Shown: positions 1-10,000 of the stretch, piece by piece
How positions within the stretch are numbered: the stretch's first letter is position 1
Layout: every line of letters starts with the position of its first letter
Assembly (NCBI RefSeq): GCF_004010195.1
Contig: NC_057728.1
Location: 54,569,622 to 54,590,822 of the forward strand
Length of the DNA: 21,201 nt
Source: Chiloscyllium plagiosum
Taxonomy: Eukaryota
Direction of reading: 5' to 3'
Made by a program: the position numbers and the translations under genes
The notes under the pieces: generated by a model
Database searches by the model: none
Seen by the model: only the letters and a program-made list of their open reading frames with translations
What the model was told of the DNA's origin: nothing

Positions 1-401
1 CCTCCATCGCCAGACCATGGCAACACGACGGTTGGAGGAAGAGCGCCTCATCTTCTGCCTGGGAACCCTCCAACTACAAGGGATGAACTCAGATTTCTCC
101 AGTTTCCTCATTTCCGCTCCCCCCACCTTGTCTCAGTCAAATCCCTTGAACTCAGCACCACCTTCCTAACCTGTAATCTTCTTCCTGACCTCTCCGCCCC
201 CACCCCACTCTGGCCTATCACCCTCACCTTAACCTCCCTCCACCTATCGCATTTCCAAAGCCCCTCCCCCAAGTCCCCTCTCCCTACCTTTTATCTTAGC
301 CTGCTGGACACACTTTCCTCATTCCTGAAGAAGGGCTTATGCCCGAAACGTCGATTCTCCTGTTCCTTGGATGCTGCCTGACCTGCTGCGCTTTTCCAGC
401 A
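1..401 (+). mobile_element. Penelope-like retroelement 3' end (GIY-YIG C-terminus, C-rich UTR, pseudo-LTR), family A
   Basis: From position 2 it translates as LHRQTMATRRLEEERLIFCLGTLQLQGMNSDFSSFLIS, matching the E-x2-(L/W)I-x2-L-x-TL-x-P-x-G(L/M)N end of PLE GIY-YIG domains. A pLTR with a hammerhead core follows. Truncated by the gap. Confidence 0.9.
321..356 (+). ncRNA. Minimal type I hammerhead ribozyme motif in PLE pLTR
   Basis: CTGAAGA(325-331)-A-GGGC-TTAT-GCCC-GAAA(345-348)-CG-TC. Both core boxes and helix II are intact. Helix I is weak (ATTC/GATT). Confidence 0.7.
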
Positions 402-869
402 NNNNNNNNNNNNNNNNNNNNNNNNNNNNNNNNNNNNNNNNNNNNNNNNNNNNNNNNNNNNNNNNNNNNNNNNNNNNNNNNNNNNNNNNNNNNNNNNNNN
501 NNNNNNNNNNNNNNNNNNNNNNNNNNNNNNNNNNNNNNNNNNNNNNNNNNNNNNNNNNNNNNNNNNNNNNNNNNNNNNNNNNNNNNNNNNNNNNNNNNNN
601 NNNNNNNNNNNNNNNNNNNNNNNNNNNNNNNNNNNNNNNNNNNNNNNNNNNNNNNNNNNNNNNNNNNNNNNNNNNNNNNNNNNNNNNNNNNNNNNNNNNN
701 NNNNNNNNNNNNNNNNNNNNNNNNNNNNNNNNNNNNNNNNNNNNNNNNNNNNNNNNNNNNNNNNNNNNNNNNNNNNNNNNNNNNNNNNNNNNNNNNNNNN
801 NNNNNNNNNNNNNNNNNNNNNNNNNNNNNNNNNNNNNNNNNNNNNNNNNNNNNNNNNNNNNNNNNNNNN
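402..869. other. Assembly gap (N run)
   Basis: Run of n between two oppositely oriented PLE ends. Confidence 1.
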
Positions 870-1480
870 AAATGTGTTGCTGGAAAAGCGCAGCAGGTCA
901 GGCAGCATCCAGGGAACAGGAGAATTGACGTTTCGGGCATAAGCCCTTCTTCTGGAATGAGGACAGTTTGTCCAGCAGGCTAAGATAAAAGGTAGGGAGG
1001 AGGGACTTGGGGGAGTGGCGTCGGAAATGTGATAGGTGGAAAGAGGTCAAGGTGAGGGTGATAGGTCAGACTGGGGTGGGGGCGGAGAGGTCAGGAAGAA
1101 GATTGCAGGTTAGGAAGGCGGTGCTGAATTCGATGGATTTGACTGAGACAAGGTGGGGGGAGGGGAAATGAGGAAACTGGTGAAATCCGAGTTCATCCCT
1201 TGTGGTTGGAGGGTTCCTAGGCGGAAGATGTCTCAGTCAAATCCATCGAATTCAGCATCGCCTTCCTAACCTGCAATCTTCTTCCTGACCTCTCCGCCCC
1301 CACCCCAGTCTGACCTATCACCCTCACCTTGACCTCTTTCCACCTATCACATTTCTGACGCACCTCCCCCAAGTCTCTCCTCCCTACCTTTTATCTTAGC
1401 CTGCTGGACATTCCTGAAGAAGGGCTTATGCCCGAAATGTTGATTCTCCTGTTCCCTGGATGCTACCTGACCTGCTGCGC
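870..1480. mobile_element. Penelope-like family A fold-back insertion (minus arm 870-1229, plus arm 1229-1480)
   Basis: 1229-1480 is the reverse complement of ~889-1149. The arms share variants (CCATCGAATTCAGCA) absent from the 1-401 copy. Decayed hammerhead cores lie at 927-954(-) and 1414-1441(+). Confidence 0.9.
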
Positions 1481-1529
1481 TAATGCAAATTAGAGGCAAC
1501 TTTGCCATCCCACCCTTGCCTTCCAAGTT

Positions 1530-1940
1530 CAGTCTGGTTGCTTGATTCTCACCTCTGAATCAGATCTGTGGCTACCTGGCCCATTCCAGGGTCCTGAGCT
1601 CAGAAATTTATGCCAGTGAGTGCAGTACAGCAGGGATGCATCAGTGTTGGAGGGACATGTCCTTCATGCATTAATGTGGCCCTTCCCTGCCCTCAGCATC
1701 CTTTGACAAAGAAAAGCCATGCTGTTCTCCTCAGCTTTTCTGAAGCAATATTTACCCCTCAATCAACATCCCTTATAAAATAAATTCTGAGATTATTATC
1801 AGATTATGGGGTCTTTCTATGTGCACACTGGCTATCATGTTTCCTACATCTTCACAACAACTAGTCCTGAAGATAATCGACTATAAAGTGCTTTGGACCA
1901 ATCATATAAAAGGAAAGTTGTTACAAGTCTTTATTTTTAC
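1530..1940 (+). mobile_element. Ancient DeuSINE (SacSINE1/AmnSINE-like) relic
   Basis: Degenerate Deu-domain words (CAATATTTACCCCTCAATCAACATC, CTGGCTATCATGTTTCCTACAT) and an L2-like tail (TAAAGTGCTTTGG...CAAGTCTTT). Similar to 7490-7690 and 19915-20147. Confidence 0.6.
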
Positions 1941-1954
1941 AGACAATTAGTTTG

Positions 1955-2070
1955 GACTGTAACAGTTCACGAAGACAGCTCATCACCACTTCTCAAGGGC
2001 AATTAGTGCTGGGTAATCAATGTTGGCCTAACCCATGATATTCACTATCTGGGAAACAATGAAAATAATT
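1955..2070 (+). mobile_element. LINE 3'-tail fragment (same family as 8090-9070)
   Basis: CAGTTCACGAAGACAGCTCATCACCACTTCTCAAGGGCAATTAG matches the reverse complement of ~8100-8205. Confidence 0.65.
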
Positions 2071-2199
2071 TAATGGACTTATAACTGATGGGCAATTATT
2101 CATGATCCATCTCAGAACTGAAATCTATTTGTACCTGTGTGTTTGATTTGGATAGCATTCCTGAAGAAATAGTTAATAAACCAGTTCTCATTTTGCAGA

Positions 2200-2330
2200 T
2201 TTCTAAGTAGAATCATACACCCATTCAGCAGAGGAGGGTGGCTATTCTACCCATTGTCGTTGTGGCTCTTTGAAAGAGCTGCCCACTTTGGCCCACTCCT
2301 CCTGCTCTCCACACTGAGGTGAATTCTTTC
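2200..2330 (-). mobile_element. Old CR1-type LINE 3' end fragment
   Basis: Resembles a reverse-complemented CR1 3' UTR (AGAATCATAC...CAGCAGAGGAGGG...CTATTC...CCCATTG). Confidence 0.45.
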
Positions 2331-2434
2331 TTTTACCTGAGCCTCAAAAATAAGACAACCATCATCTCCATGCAATGCCTGGCAATGGACAAAGGTGTGT
2401 TATTGGTAGCCCTGATGAGCCTAACATTATGTTA

Positions 2435-2730
2435 AAGTCATAGGGCTAGTAATGAGCTAGATGCAGGTTCAAATCCCACCATGGCAGATGGTGAAATTTG
2501 AGTTCAATAAAATGAAAATTATCTGACATGAAAAGCTAACCCAATGCCAATTCTTGCAAAGACCTGATGCCCTTTAGGGAAGGGAATATGCCATATCCTT
2601 ATCTGGACTGGGTTATATGTCTCTCCAGACACAAAGCAATTTGGTTGACTTTCAAATGTCCTCCGGCTAGCTCAGGATAAATGCTGACCCAACCAGTGAC
2701 ACATCCCATGAACAAATTTTGTAAAAATTG
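2435..2730 (+). mobile_element. tRNA-headed SINE-like repeat with LINE-derived tail
   Basis: B-box-like GGTTCAAATCCC, body ATGGCAGATGGTGAAATTTGAGTTCAATAAAA...CCCTTTAGGGAAGG and tail ATAAATGCTG...CACATCCCATGAAC. Homologous copies at 9970-10895 and 14205-14615. Confidence 0.7.
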
Positions 2731-3732
2731 AGGTAATTTCCTTGGGGGCTTGCAAGTCCACTGTGTAGCAAGACACTCACCAGCTATTTATAGCACTATA
2801 TCTCAGAAACTGGGGAATTATTACCACTGCCCTCTCTAATGTCTAGACCAAACAAGTGTGTGGGTGTTGGGAAATTAAAGGAATCCAGCCCACAGAACCA
2901 TAGCAGTTCTAATAGGTGAATGATACATTGCGTTGTCTTTTCAAATGCATTCAGATTCTGCATTCTGTACCTACTCTAATTCTGCCTATAATTAATGACT
3001 CCCACTCAGAATGGCTTTAATTTATTGAAGAAACTTTTAAAAATGCACATAATTTAGTTCATTATATGTTATGTAATGGATTGCTTTAAATAGGTTAGCA
3101 TGAACCCAATTTGATTCTCACCCTGTCAGGACCTTTCCATCTTTGATGTTCTATCCAATGACAATCTTTTGCATTTGGTGCTTTGCAATTTTTTTTCTCC
3201 CATAAAATATATACTTTATTCATAACATTTGTAAAAGTACATTACAAGTCATTGCCACTTAAAAATGACAGAATTTCACAGCAAAATTTAACTTATCTCC
3301 ATACATATTGCTCATTTGTATTCTAAGTGTTAAAACTTGCAATGTACATTACCCGCATGAGGCACACAACCTGAGGGTAACGCATTTGAAATTATTATTT
3401 AATCTGAATTGAGGTTTGCCATTATTCTAAAGTAGTGAGTTGTCGTTAGCACAGGACTCTGTTCCTGTTCCTGCTCCTGTTTCAACAGATTCCAGTTTCT
3501 TTGTTTCTGCTAACGTGTAGATTTCACCTTTAACAACCAATGCTGTGACCGACCACTGGTGTGAAAGGGGGCAATGCAGATTTTCTGTCTGCTGAACATG
3601 GAGCAGCTGTCCCAAAGCAAAATTGTTAATGGCATTGTCTCACATGACACGCTTGTAGCCAATGGCATTCCCTGTGCAGGCGTCCTTGCAAAGATGTCAA
3701 TGAGCAGCCATTGACAGCAATATCATTGGATT

Positions 3733-3932
3733 AGAAAGTACTGGAAAAACTTAGCAGGTCTGTCAGCGTCTGTGGAGAGAAATCAGAGTCAATGTTAGTT
3801 CTGAGGCAGGGTCATTGGACCTGAAACATTAACTCTGATTTCTCTCCACAGAAGCTGCCAGACCTGCTGAGCTTTTCCAGCAATTTCTGGTTTTGTTTCT
3901 GATTTACAGTATGCGCAGTTTTTAAATGTGTT
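3733..3932. mobile_element. PLE family C fold-back insertion with central decayed hammerhead
   Basis: Inverted arms 3733-3796 and 3825-3888. The centre reads AGTT-CTGAGGC-A-GGGTC-ATTG-GACCT-GAAA-CA-TT-AACT. TCATTGGA flanks it at 3723-3730 and 3935-3942. Homologous to the end of the PLE at 16711-16795. Confidence 0.8.
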
Positions 3933-4012
3933 TTTCATTGGAGTTTGATTTTGTCATTGATTGTAACTGATTAATGGAGTATTAGTAGGATGCTGTAGAA
4001 CCACCTCAAAAG

Positions 4013-4120
4013 AGTTCTTGTGAAGTAGTGGTAATGTCCCTATCTCTGAGCCAGTAGATTCCTGTTCAATCCCACCTGGCCCTGATGTAAGATATCAGAG
4101 TAGATTGATTAATGATATAT
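4013..4120 (+). mobile_element. Short tRNA-derived SINE
   Basis: A-box-like GTGAAGTAGTGGTA and B-box-like GTTCAATCCC. Homologous to 10001-10115. Confidence 0.6.
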
Positions 4121-4189
4121 GGAACCTTATCAAAGGCTGTCACAGTACGTGCTGCATTTCACATTTTAAAGCTTTAAATCAGTGAAAGG

Positions 4190-4560
4190 AAAAAGTTAGT
4201 CTATGACTCTATACAGCACCATTCATGAACCTCAGGACACCCCAAAGTGCTTTCAAGCCAAACAAGTACTTTTTGAATTATGGCCACTTTTATAAGGGAG
4301 GATCCACAGTCACCAATTTGTAAACAGTGAGAGCCCTCAAACAGCAAAGTGCCAAATGATTTGTGTTTTTTTTTCTCTCTGATGCTAACTGTGAGTGTAT
4401 ATGGGCCATGGCCCATGGAATAATCATCTGCTCTTCTTCAGAATAATGACCTGGATTCTGTTACACCCATCCGAGAGGGCTTCAGTTTAATGTCAGACGT
4501 GAAAAGTTCTGCTCAATGTTTTGGCAGTGTTCAGCCCAAATGCAACAGCTTTACTGAGCA
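4190..4560 (-). mobile_element. Ancient DeuSINE relic
   Basis: Reverse complement of the L2-like tail and Deu domain (CCTCAGGACACCCCAAAGTGCTTTC...CCAATTTG...CAAACAGCAAAGTG...CTGCTCTTCTTC). Confidence 0.6.
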
Positions 4561-4599
4561 AATTCTATCTTTCAATCGACAGTTTGAATTCCCAGTAGT

Positions 4600-4892
4600 A
4601 GAATAGGATAAATAGACAAAGTCTTTTCTCTGGGGTAGGGGAGTCCCGAAGTTGAGGGCATAGGTTTAGGGTGAAAGGGGAAAGATATAAAAGAGACCTA
4701 AGGGGTAACCTTTTCATGCTGAGGGTGATATGTGTATGGAATGAGCTGCCAGAGGAAATGGTGGAGGCTGGTACAATTACAACATTTAAAAGGCATCTGG
4801 ATTGGTTATGTGAATAGGAAGGGTTTGGAGGGATATTGGCCAAGTGCTGGCAAATTGAACTAGATTAATTTAGGATATCTGGCTGGCATGGG
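4600..4892 (+). mobile_element. CR1 LINE 3' fragment lacking its terminal tail
   Basis: Aligns by eye with 5200-5490 (ATAAATAGACAAAGTCTTTT...GGATATCTG) and stops at the PLE junction. Confidence 0.9.
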
Positions 4893-6125
4893 CAACATCC
4901 TCCACCATTTCCGCCACTTACAAGTGGACCCCACCACCAGACATATATTTCCCTTCCCATTCCTATCTGCTTTCCGTAAAGGCCGTTCCCTCCGCGACTA
5001 CCTCATTAGGTCCACGCCCCCCAACAACCCACCCTCCCCTCCCGGCACATTTCCCCTGCCACCGCAGGAATGGCAAAACCTGTGCCCACACCTCCTCCCT
5101 CACTTCCATCCAAGGCCCCAAAGGAGCCTTTCACATCAAAGTTTTACCTGCATTTCGAGGGGTGACCTTATAGAGGTTTATAAAATCATGAGGGGCATGG
5201 ATATGATAAATAGACAAAGTCTTTTCCCTGGGTTGGAGGAGTCCAGAACTAGAGGGTATAGGTTTAGGGTGAGAGGGGAAAGATATAAAAGAGACCTACA
5301 GGGCAATCTTTTCACACAGAGGGTGATACCTGTATGGAATAAGCTGCCAGAGGAAGTGGTGGAGGCTGGTACAATTGCAACATTTAAGAGGCATTTGGAT
5401 GGGTATATGAATAGGAAGGGTTTGGAGGGATATGTGCCTGGTGCTGGCAGGTGGGACTAGATAGGGTTGGGATATCTGATTGGCATGGACGGGTTGGACA
5501 GAAGGGTCTGTTTCTGTGCTATACATCTCTATGACTCTATGATTCTAAATGGCATTTATTGTATCCGTTGCTCCCAATGCGGTCTCCTCCACACTAGGGA
5601 GACAGAACGCCTACTCGCAGACCGCTTCAGGGAACATCTCCAGGACACCAGCACCAACCAACCCCACTGACCCGTGGGCAAGTATTTCAATTATCTCTCC
5701 CATTCTGCCTAGGACATGGAGGTCCTGGACCTCCTCCATCGCCACTCCCTAACCACCCGACGCCTGGAGGAAGAACACTTCATCTTCTGCCTTGGGACCC
5801 TCCAACCCCAAGGTATCAGTGTGAATTTCACTAGTTTCCTCATTTCCCTCCCACACTTTACCCCAGTTCCAACTTCCAGCTCAGCACCGTCCTCATTACA
5901 TATCCCCACCTATCTGCACCAACCTCCCTTCTGACCTATCACCATTACCCCACTTCCATCCACTTATTGCACTCTCAGCTACCTTTCCCCAGCCCCATAC
6001 CCCTCCCATTTATCTCTCCACCCCCAAGACACTCAGCCTCATTCCTGATAAAGGGCTTTTGCTCAAAATGTTGATTTTCCTGCTCCTCGGATGCTGCCTG
6101 ACCTGCTGTGCTTTTCCAGCACCAC
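4893..6125 (+). mobile_element. Neptune-type Penelope-like element, 5'-truncated, split by a CR1 at 5157-5546
   Basis: ILHHFRHLQVDPTTRHIFP...RSLRDYLIRS...GTFP/CHRRNGKTC (Cys linker)...FTCIS | NGIYCIRCSQCGLLHTRETERLLADRFREHL (GIY-YIG) ...RRLEEEHFIFCLGTLQPQGISVNF. Has frameshifts and stops, and a decayed pLTR at ~6040-6125. Confidence 0.9.
5157..5546 (+). mobile_element. CR1 LINE 3' end nested in the PLE
   Basis: RGDLIEVYKIMRGMD...TRGYRF...FTQRVIPVWNKLPEEVVEAGTIATFKRHLD is the CR1 ORF2 C-terminus. Ends in a (CTCTATGA)n tail. Confidence 0.95.
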
Positions 6126-6911
6126 ATAGCAGAGCATAATAGCCAATGGATACTTTTAGGCTGGAGAAAGGTTTATCTTGGAGTTCCCCAGGGGTTGATA
6201 TTGGAACCTTTGCTTTTCCTGATGTATAAATTAAAGATATAAATCTTGGTGCACAGAAAACAATATCAAAGTTTGCAGATGAAATGAAACTTGGAAGAAT
6301 TGTAAACTGTGGGAACAGTATAGATCTTTAAAAAGACATTGACAAGTTGGTGGAATAGTTGGATAAATGGTAGATGACATTCAAAGAAGAGAAGTTTGGA
6401 GTGATGCATTTTGATAGGAAGAATGTTGAAAGACAATATAAAATAAGGGATACAATTCTAAAGGGGGTGCTGGAGCAGAGTGACCTGGGTGTATGTGTGC
6501 ACAGATCATTGGAGATGGAAGTGCAGGTGGAGAAAGCAATTAATAAATCATGTAGTGTTCTCAACTTTATTAATACAGGCATAGGGTGCAAAAGGAGGGA
6601 ATGTTGAACTTGTATAAGACACTTGTTCGACCTTAATTGGTATATCGCGTACAATTCTGGTGCTACCTTACAGGAATTATGTGAACATATTGGAGAGAGT
6701 GCAGAGGCAGTTCACAAGGATGGTTCCAGGGATGAGGAACGTCAGCAATGAGGGTGGTTGAAGAAGTTGCTATTAGTCTCCCTGGAAAGAAGAAGGTCAG
6801 GAGGAGATTTGATAGAAGTTTTCAAAATCATGAGTGAGCTGCATGGAGTAGATATGGAGAAATTGTTTCTGCTGTAAAAGGAACAAGAGTGAGAGGGCAT
6901 AGATTTAAAGT

Positions 6912-7123
6912 CATGATGTGGAGACGCTGGTGTTGGACTGAGGTGTACAAAGTTAAAAATCACACAACACCAGGTTATAGTCCAACAGGTTTATTTGGAA
7001 GCACAAGCTTTCGGAGCGCTGCTCCTTCATCCGACAACCACCTGATGAAGGAGCGGTGCTCCGAAAGCTAGTGCTTTCAAATAAACCTGTTGGACTATAA
7101 CCTGGTGTTGTGTGATTTTTAAC
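6912..7123. mobile_element. PLE-like family B fold-back insertion with 12-bp TSD
   Basis: Arms 6951-7031 and 7044-7124. Perfect TSD TAGATTTAAAGT at 6900-6911 and 7124-7135. Unpaired 39-nt tail at 6912-6950. Confidence 0.85.
7039..7073 (+). ncRNA. Minimal type I hammerhead ribozyme motif, intact core
   Basis: CAC-CTGATGA-A-GGAGC-GGT-GCTCC-GAAA-GC-TA-GTG. Helix I is CAC/GTG, helix II has 5 bp, helix III is palindromic AGCT, and the predicted cleavage is after CUA. Confidence 0.8.
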
Positions 7124-7489
7124 TAGATTTAAAGTGAGTTCCAAAGAACCAAATTTGATGTGAGAAAAGTTTTCCAAAGTAATTAGGGTATGGAATGTAG
7201 TGCTTGGAGGTGTCGTGGAGACAGGTTCTACTGAGACATTCAAGAGGGCATTGGAGGATTATTTGGGTAGATATAATGTGCAAGGACATGAGAGAGAAAC
7301 AGGAGGTTAGCACTAGGTAATGATACTCATTTGTAGAACCAGGGCAGGCATGATTTGCCAAACAGCCAACTTCTGCACCGTAACACCTCTATGATTCTGT
7401 ATTCTGTGAAGTTACAAGTTTAGATAGAAAGCTGTCCATTTTCTGCAACTGTGCTTTGTAGAACATTGTATTAATTTGTGAGGGCACAG

Positions 7490-7690
7490 TGCTTCATTAA
7501 CATCGCTGTAACAGAGTTTCTGGTCATTATCACATTGTTGTTTGTGACAGCTTGCTGCGTCCAAATGGGATGCTGTTTATTTTTCTACTTTACCAGAGTC
7601 ACTACATTTCAGAATAGCACCTTACTGATTCGAAAGCAGTTTGACAAGTAAGTGGTGTTATATCAATGCACGTTATTTCATTCATTCATC
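7490..7690 (+). mobile_element. DeuSINE 3' half
   Basis: TCTGGTCATTATCACATTGTTGTTTGTGACAGCTTGCTGCGTCCAAATGG...ACTACATTTCAGAA (Deu domain) followed by an L2-like tail. Confidence 0.65.
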
Positions 7691-7694
7691 TGCA

Positions 7695-7950
7695 GCCTTT
7701 TAGGGAGAGATTTGCAGATTTCCATTACATTTGTGTGGAACAAGTGTTGCCTGAATTCTGTCCTAAATTTGCTAGCACCAATTATAAGACTATGCCCTCT
7801 TGTTCTGCATTCCTCCACGTGGAATTAGCTACTCTCAACCTACCCTATTGATTCCTATTATGATTTTAAATGCCTTGATAAAATCATCAATTTCATAAAT
7901 GTAAGAGAAAACAGATTATAAAACCTGTCGTCATAATTTAATCTTTTAAA
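7695..7950 (-). mobile_element. Highly decayed CR1 ORF2 C-terminal fragment
   Basis: Reverse-complement CR1 words CTATGCCCTCTTGTTCT (RTRGHS) and ATGATTTTAAA (FKII). Confidence 0.55.
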
Positions 7951-8089
7951 CCCAGCTGCTGTGATTTGTGGATCGTAGGACAGAAGAGATGGTTTATACT
8001 TTCTGTGCTGTCTTTCCAAACGCCCACGTCTCTCACAAAGGATGTGCATTTTGTGAATGGTGTAGTCCCTGTGTGCTTTTAGCACTCCT

Positions 8090-9070
8090 ATTTTGTTTTA
8101 ATTCTCTCATGGGATGTTCACTTCCTTAGCTGGGCCAGCGTTAGTTGTCCATCCCTAGTTGCCATTGAGAAGGTGGTGGTGAACTAATTTCTCTAATTGC
8201 TGCAGTACATTTGGTGTAGGTAGACAAGTGGAGCTATTAAGGAATTCCAAGATTCTGACCCAGAGACACTGAAGGAGCGGCAATGTATTTCCATGATGTG
8301 GAGGAGCCGGTGTTGGACTGGGGTGGACAAAGTTAAAAATCACACAACACCAGGTTATAGTCCAACAGGATTACTTGGAAGTACTAGCTTTCAGAGCGCA
8401 GCTCCTTCATCAGGTGCTACCTAGTGCTTCCAAATAAACCTGTTGGACTATAACCTGGTGTTGTGCGATTTTTAACTAAATATATTTCCAAGTCAGCACT
8501 ATGAGTGGCTTGAAGGGAACTTTCTGGGGGTGGTGTTCCCATGTATTGGTTGTCCTTGTCCTTCCAGATGGAAGTGTTTGTGGGTTTGGAAGGTGCTGTC
8601 TGAGGATCTTTGGTGAATTTCTTCAGTGTGTCTTGCAGATAACGCACACTGCTGCGACTGATTGTCAGTGGTGGAGGGAATGGATGTTCATGGATGTAGT
8701 GCCAAACTAGTGGACTGCTTTGTCCTGCATGGTGTCAAGCTTCTTGAGTGTTGTTGGGGCTGCACCCATCCAGGCAAGTGGACAGTATTCAATCACACTC
8801 CTGACTTGTGCGGTGTAGAGGGTGGATAGGTTTTGGGGAGTCGGGAGGTGATCTACTCACTGCAGTATTCTCAGCCTCTGACCTGCTCTTGAGCCACTGT
8901 GTTTATATGTGAGCCCAGTTGAGTTTCTGGTCAATGATAACTCTGAGGATGTTGACAATGGAGATTCACTGACGGTAATGCCATTGAATGTCAAGGAGCA
9001 AAGGTTATGTTCTCTCTTGTTGGAGATGGTCATTACCTACCACTTGTGTGGCCAAATGTTACTTGCCGTC
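8090..9070 (-). mobile_element. CR1/L2-superfamily LINE 3' region, interrupted at 8292-8478
   Basis: Minus strand gives a decayed ORF2 C-terminus (TLYTAQVRSVIEYCPLAWMGAAPTTLKKLDTMQDKA) and a tail ending CACCACCACCTTCTCAATGGCAACTAGGGATGG...CATCCCATGA. Confidence 0.8.
8292..8478. mobile_element. Second family B fold-back insertion
   Basis: Same termini as 6912-7123. TSD AATGTATTTC (8282-8291) / AATATATTTC (8479-8488). A near-intact hammerhead lies on the minus strand at 8382-8416. Confidence 0.85.
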
Positions 9071-9317
9071 AGTGATTTCACCATCATCTCGCCTATGCTT
9101 CCAAACAACACACACAGGTTAAAGGCATGTCTCCTTACAATGGTATTGGAAAACATATAGAAATTTCAATTCACATTTAATTTAAGTGAAGTATATTTGC
9201 TTCCGTCCCTGAGCTGGAATAATTCTATTCAGGTAGTAATACAGTCTCAAGTGTTACATCTCCATCTGTTGGTCAGGCACAGAATTGCACATTGATACTC
9301 AGTGCAGTGAACTCATG

Positions 9318-9570
9318 CAACAGCAACTTACGTTTATGTAGCCCCGGTTACATCCCAAGTTGCTTTACAGGTATGCTATCAGACAAAAGCTGACACAAAG
9401 AATGACACATTAAGACAGGTGACCAAATATTTGGCCAAAAAGGCAGGATTTGAGAAGGTGTTGTAAATGAGGAGGTGAGTTAAGAATTTTGGTGGGGAAT
9501 TCCAGAGCTTCAAACCCATAAAGCTGACAATGCAACCACCAATGGGAAATGAAGGAAATGGAAGAGGTGT
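9318..9570 (-). mobile_element. Old L2-type LINE 3' end
   Basis: CAACTTACGTTTATGTAGC...CATCCCAAGTTGCTTTACAG...GGTGACCAAA...GGGAATTCCAGAGCTT resembles a reverse-complemented L2 3' end and the 20150-20297 fragment. Confidence 0.55.
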
Positions 9571-10000
9571 TAGACTTTGCTGTGATCAGTCAGCAATGGT
9601 AACGTTGGCATAGTTACCATCTGACCTCACATGACCACTGCATCAAGCTGAACTATGCTGTCTAAATGAGCCAATATTCATCTCCAAATATCCATTGTAC
9701 AAGTTCAGTATGAACTAAGTTCTAGTGCCCTTAGAACAATGAAACTATATAAAGTTCTAATCTTTGCTGAGGTGATCTAAGAGTACATTTTACAAATCAG
9801 CTCTCCTGAAGCAATGTGTTGCGTTGCAACAGGAGTACGATTAGATATCAGAACCTGACTAGTAACTCCAATTCAGTAACTTGCTCTGAACCTAAACTAC
9901 CTGATTTCCATTTCCATTACACTCCTTGGAATCTTTATGGGGTGAACTCTTTGGCTTTGTGGAGTCAATTGAGGGGGTGGTGGTACAGTGATGAAATTGG

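Larger units (their letters stand above)
6135..7410 (+). mobile_element. Older CR1 LINE (RT domain to 3' tail), interrupted at 6912-7123
   Basis: GVPQG (6181), KFADE (~6269), VMHFDRKN, DLGVCVHRSL and GDLIEVFKIM motifs with stops. Tail CTATGATTCTGTATTCTG at ~7390-7408. Confidence 0.9.

Noticed and set aside
291..983. 185-214 aa ORFs on both strands
   Set aside because: They are open only because they cross the N gap.
3427..3615. 62-aa minus-strand ORF with a possible acceptor (TTTGCTTTGGGACAG), as a terminal exon
   Set aside because: No recognisable protein similarity and no partner exons. It cannot be supported without RNA-seq or homology.
4888..5460. 190-aa ORF, the longest gap-free ORF
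   Set aside because: Chance in-frame chimera of a frameshifted PLE linker region and a nested CR1 C-terminus. Not a host gene.
6912..7123. Fold-back elements as DNA-transposon MITEs or pre-miRNAs
   Set aside because: Asymmetric tails, long variable TSDs, variable centres and hammerhead cores indicate retroelement origin. For families A and C the arms match pLTRs attached to PLE coding remnants in this window.
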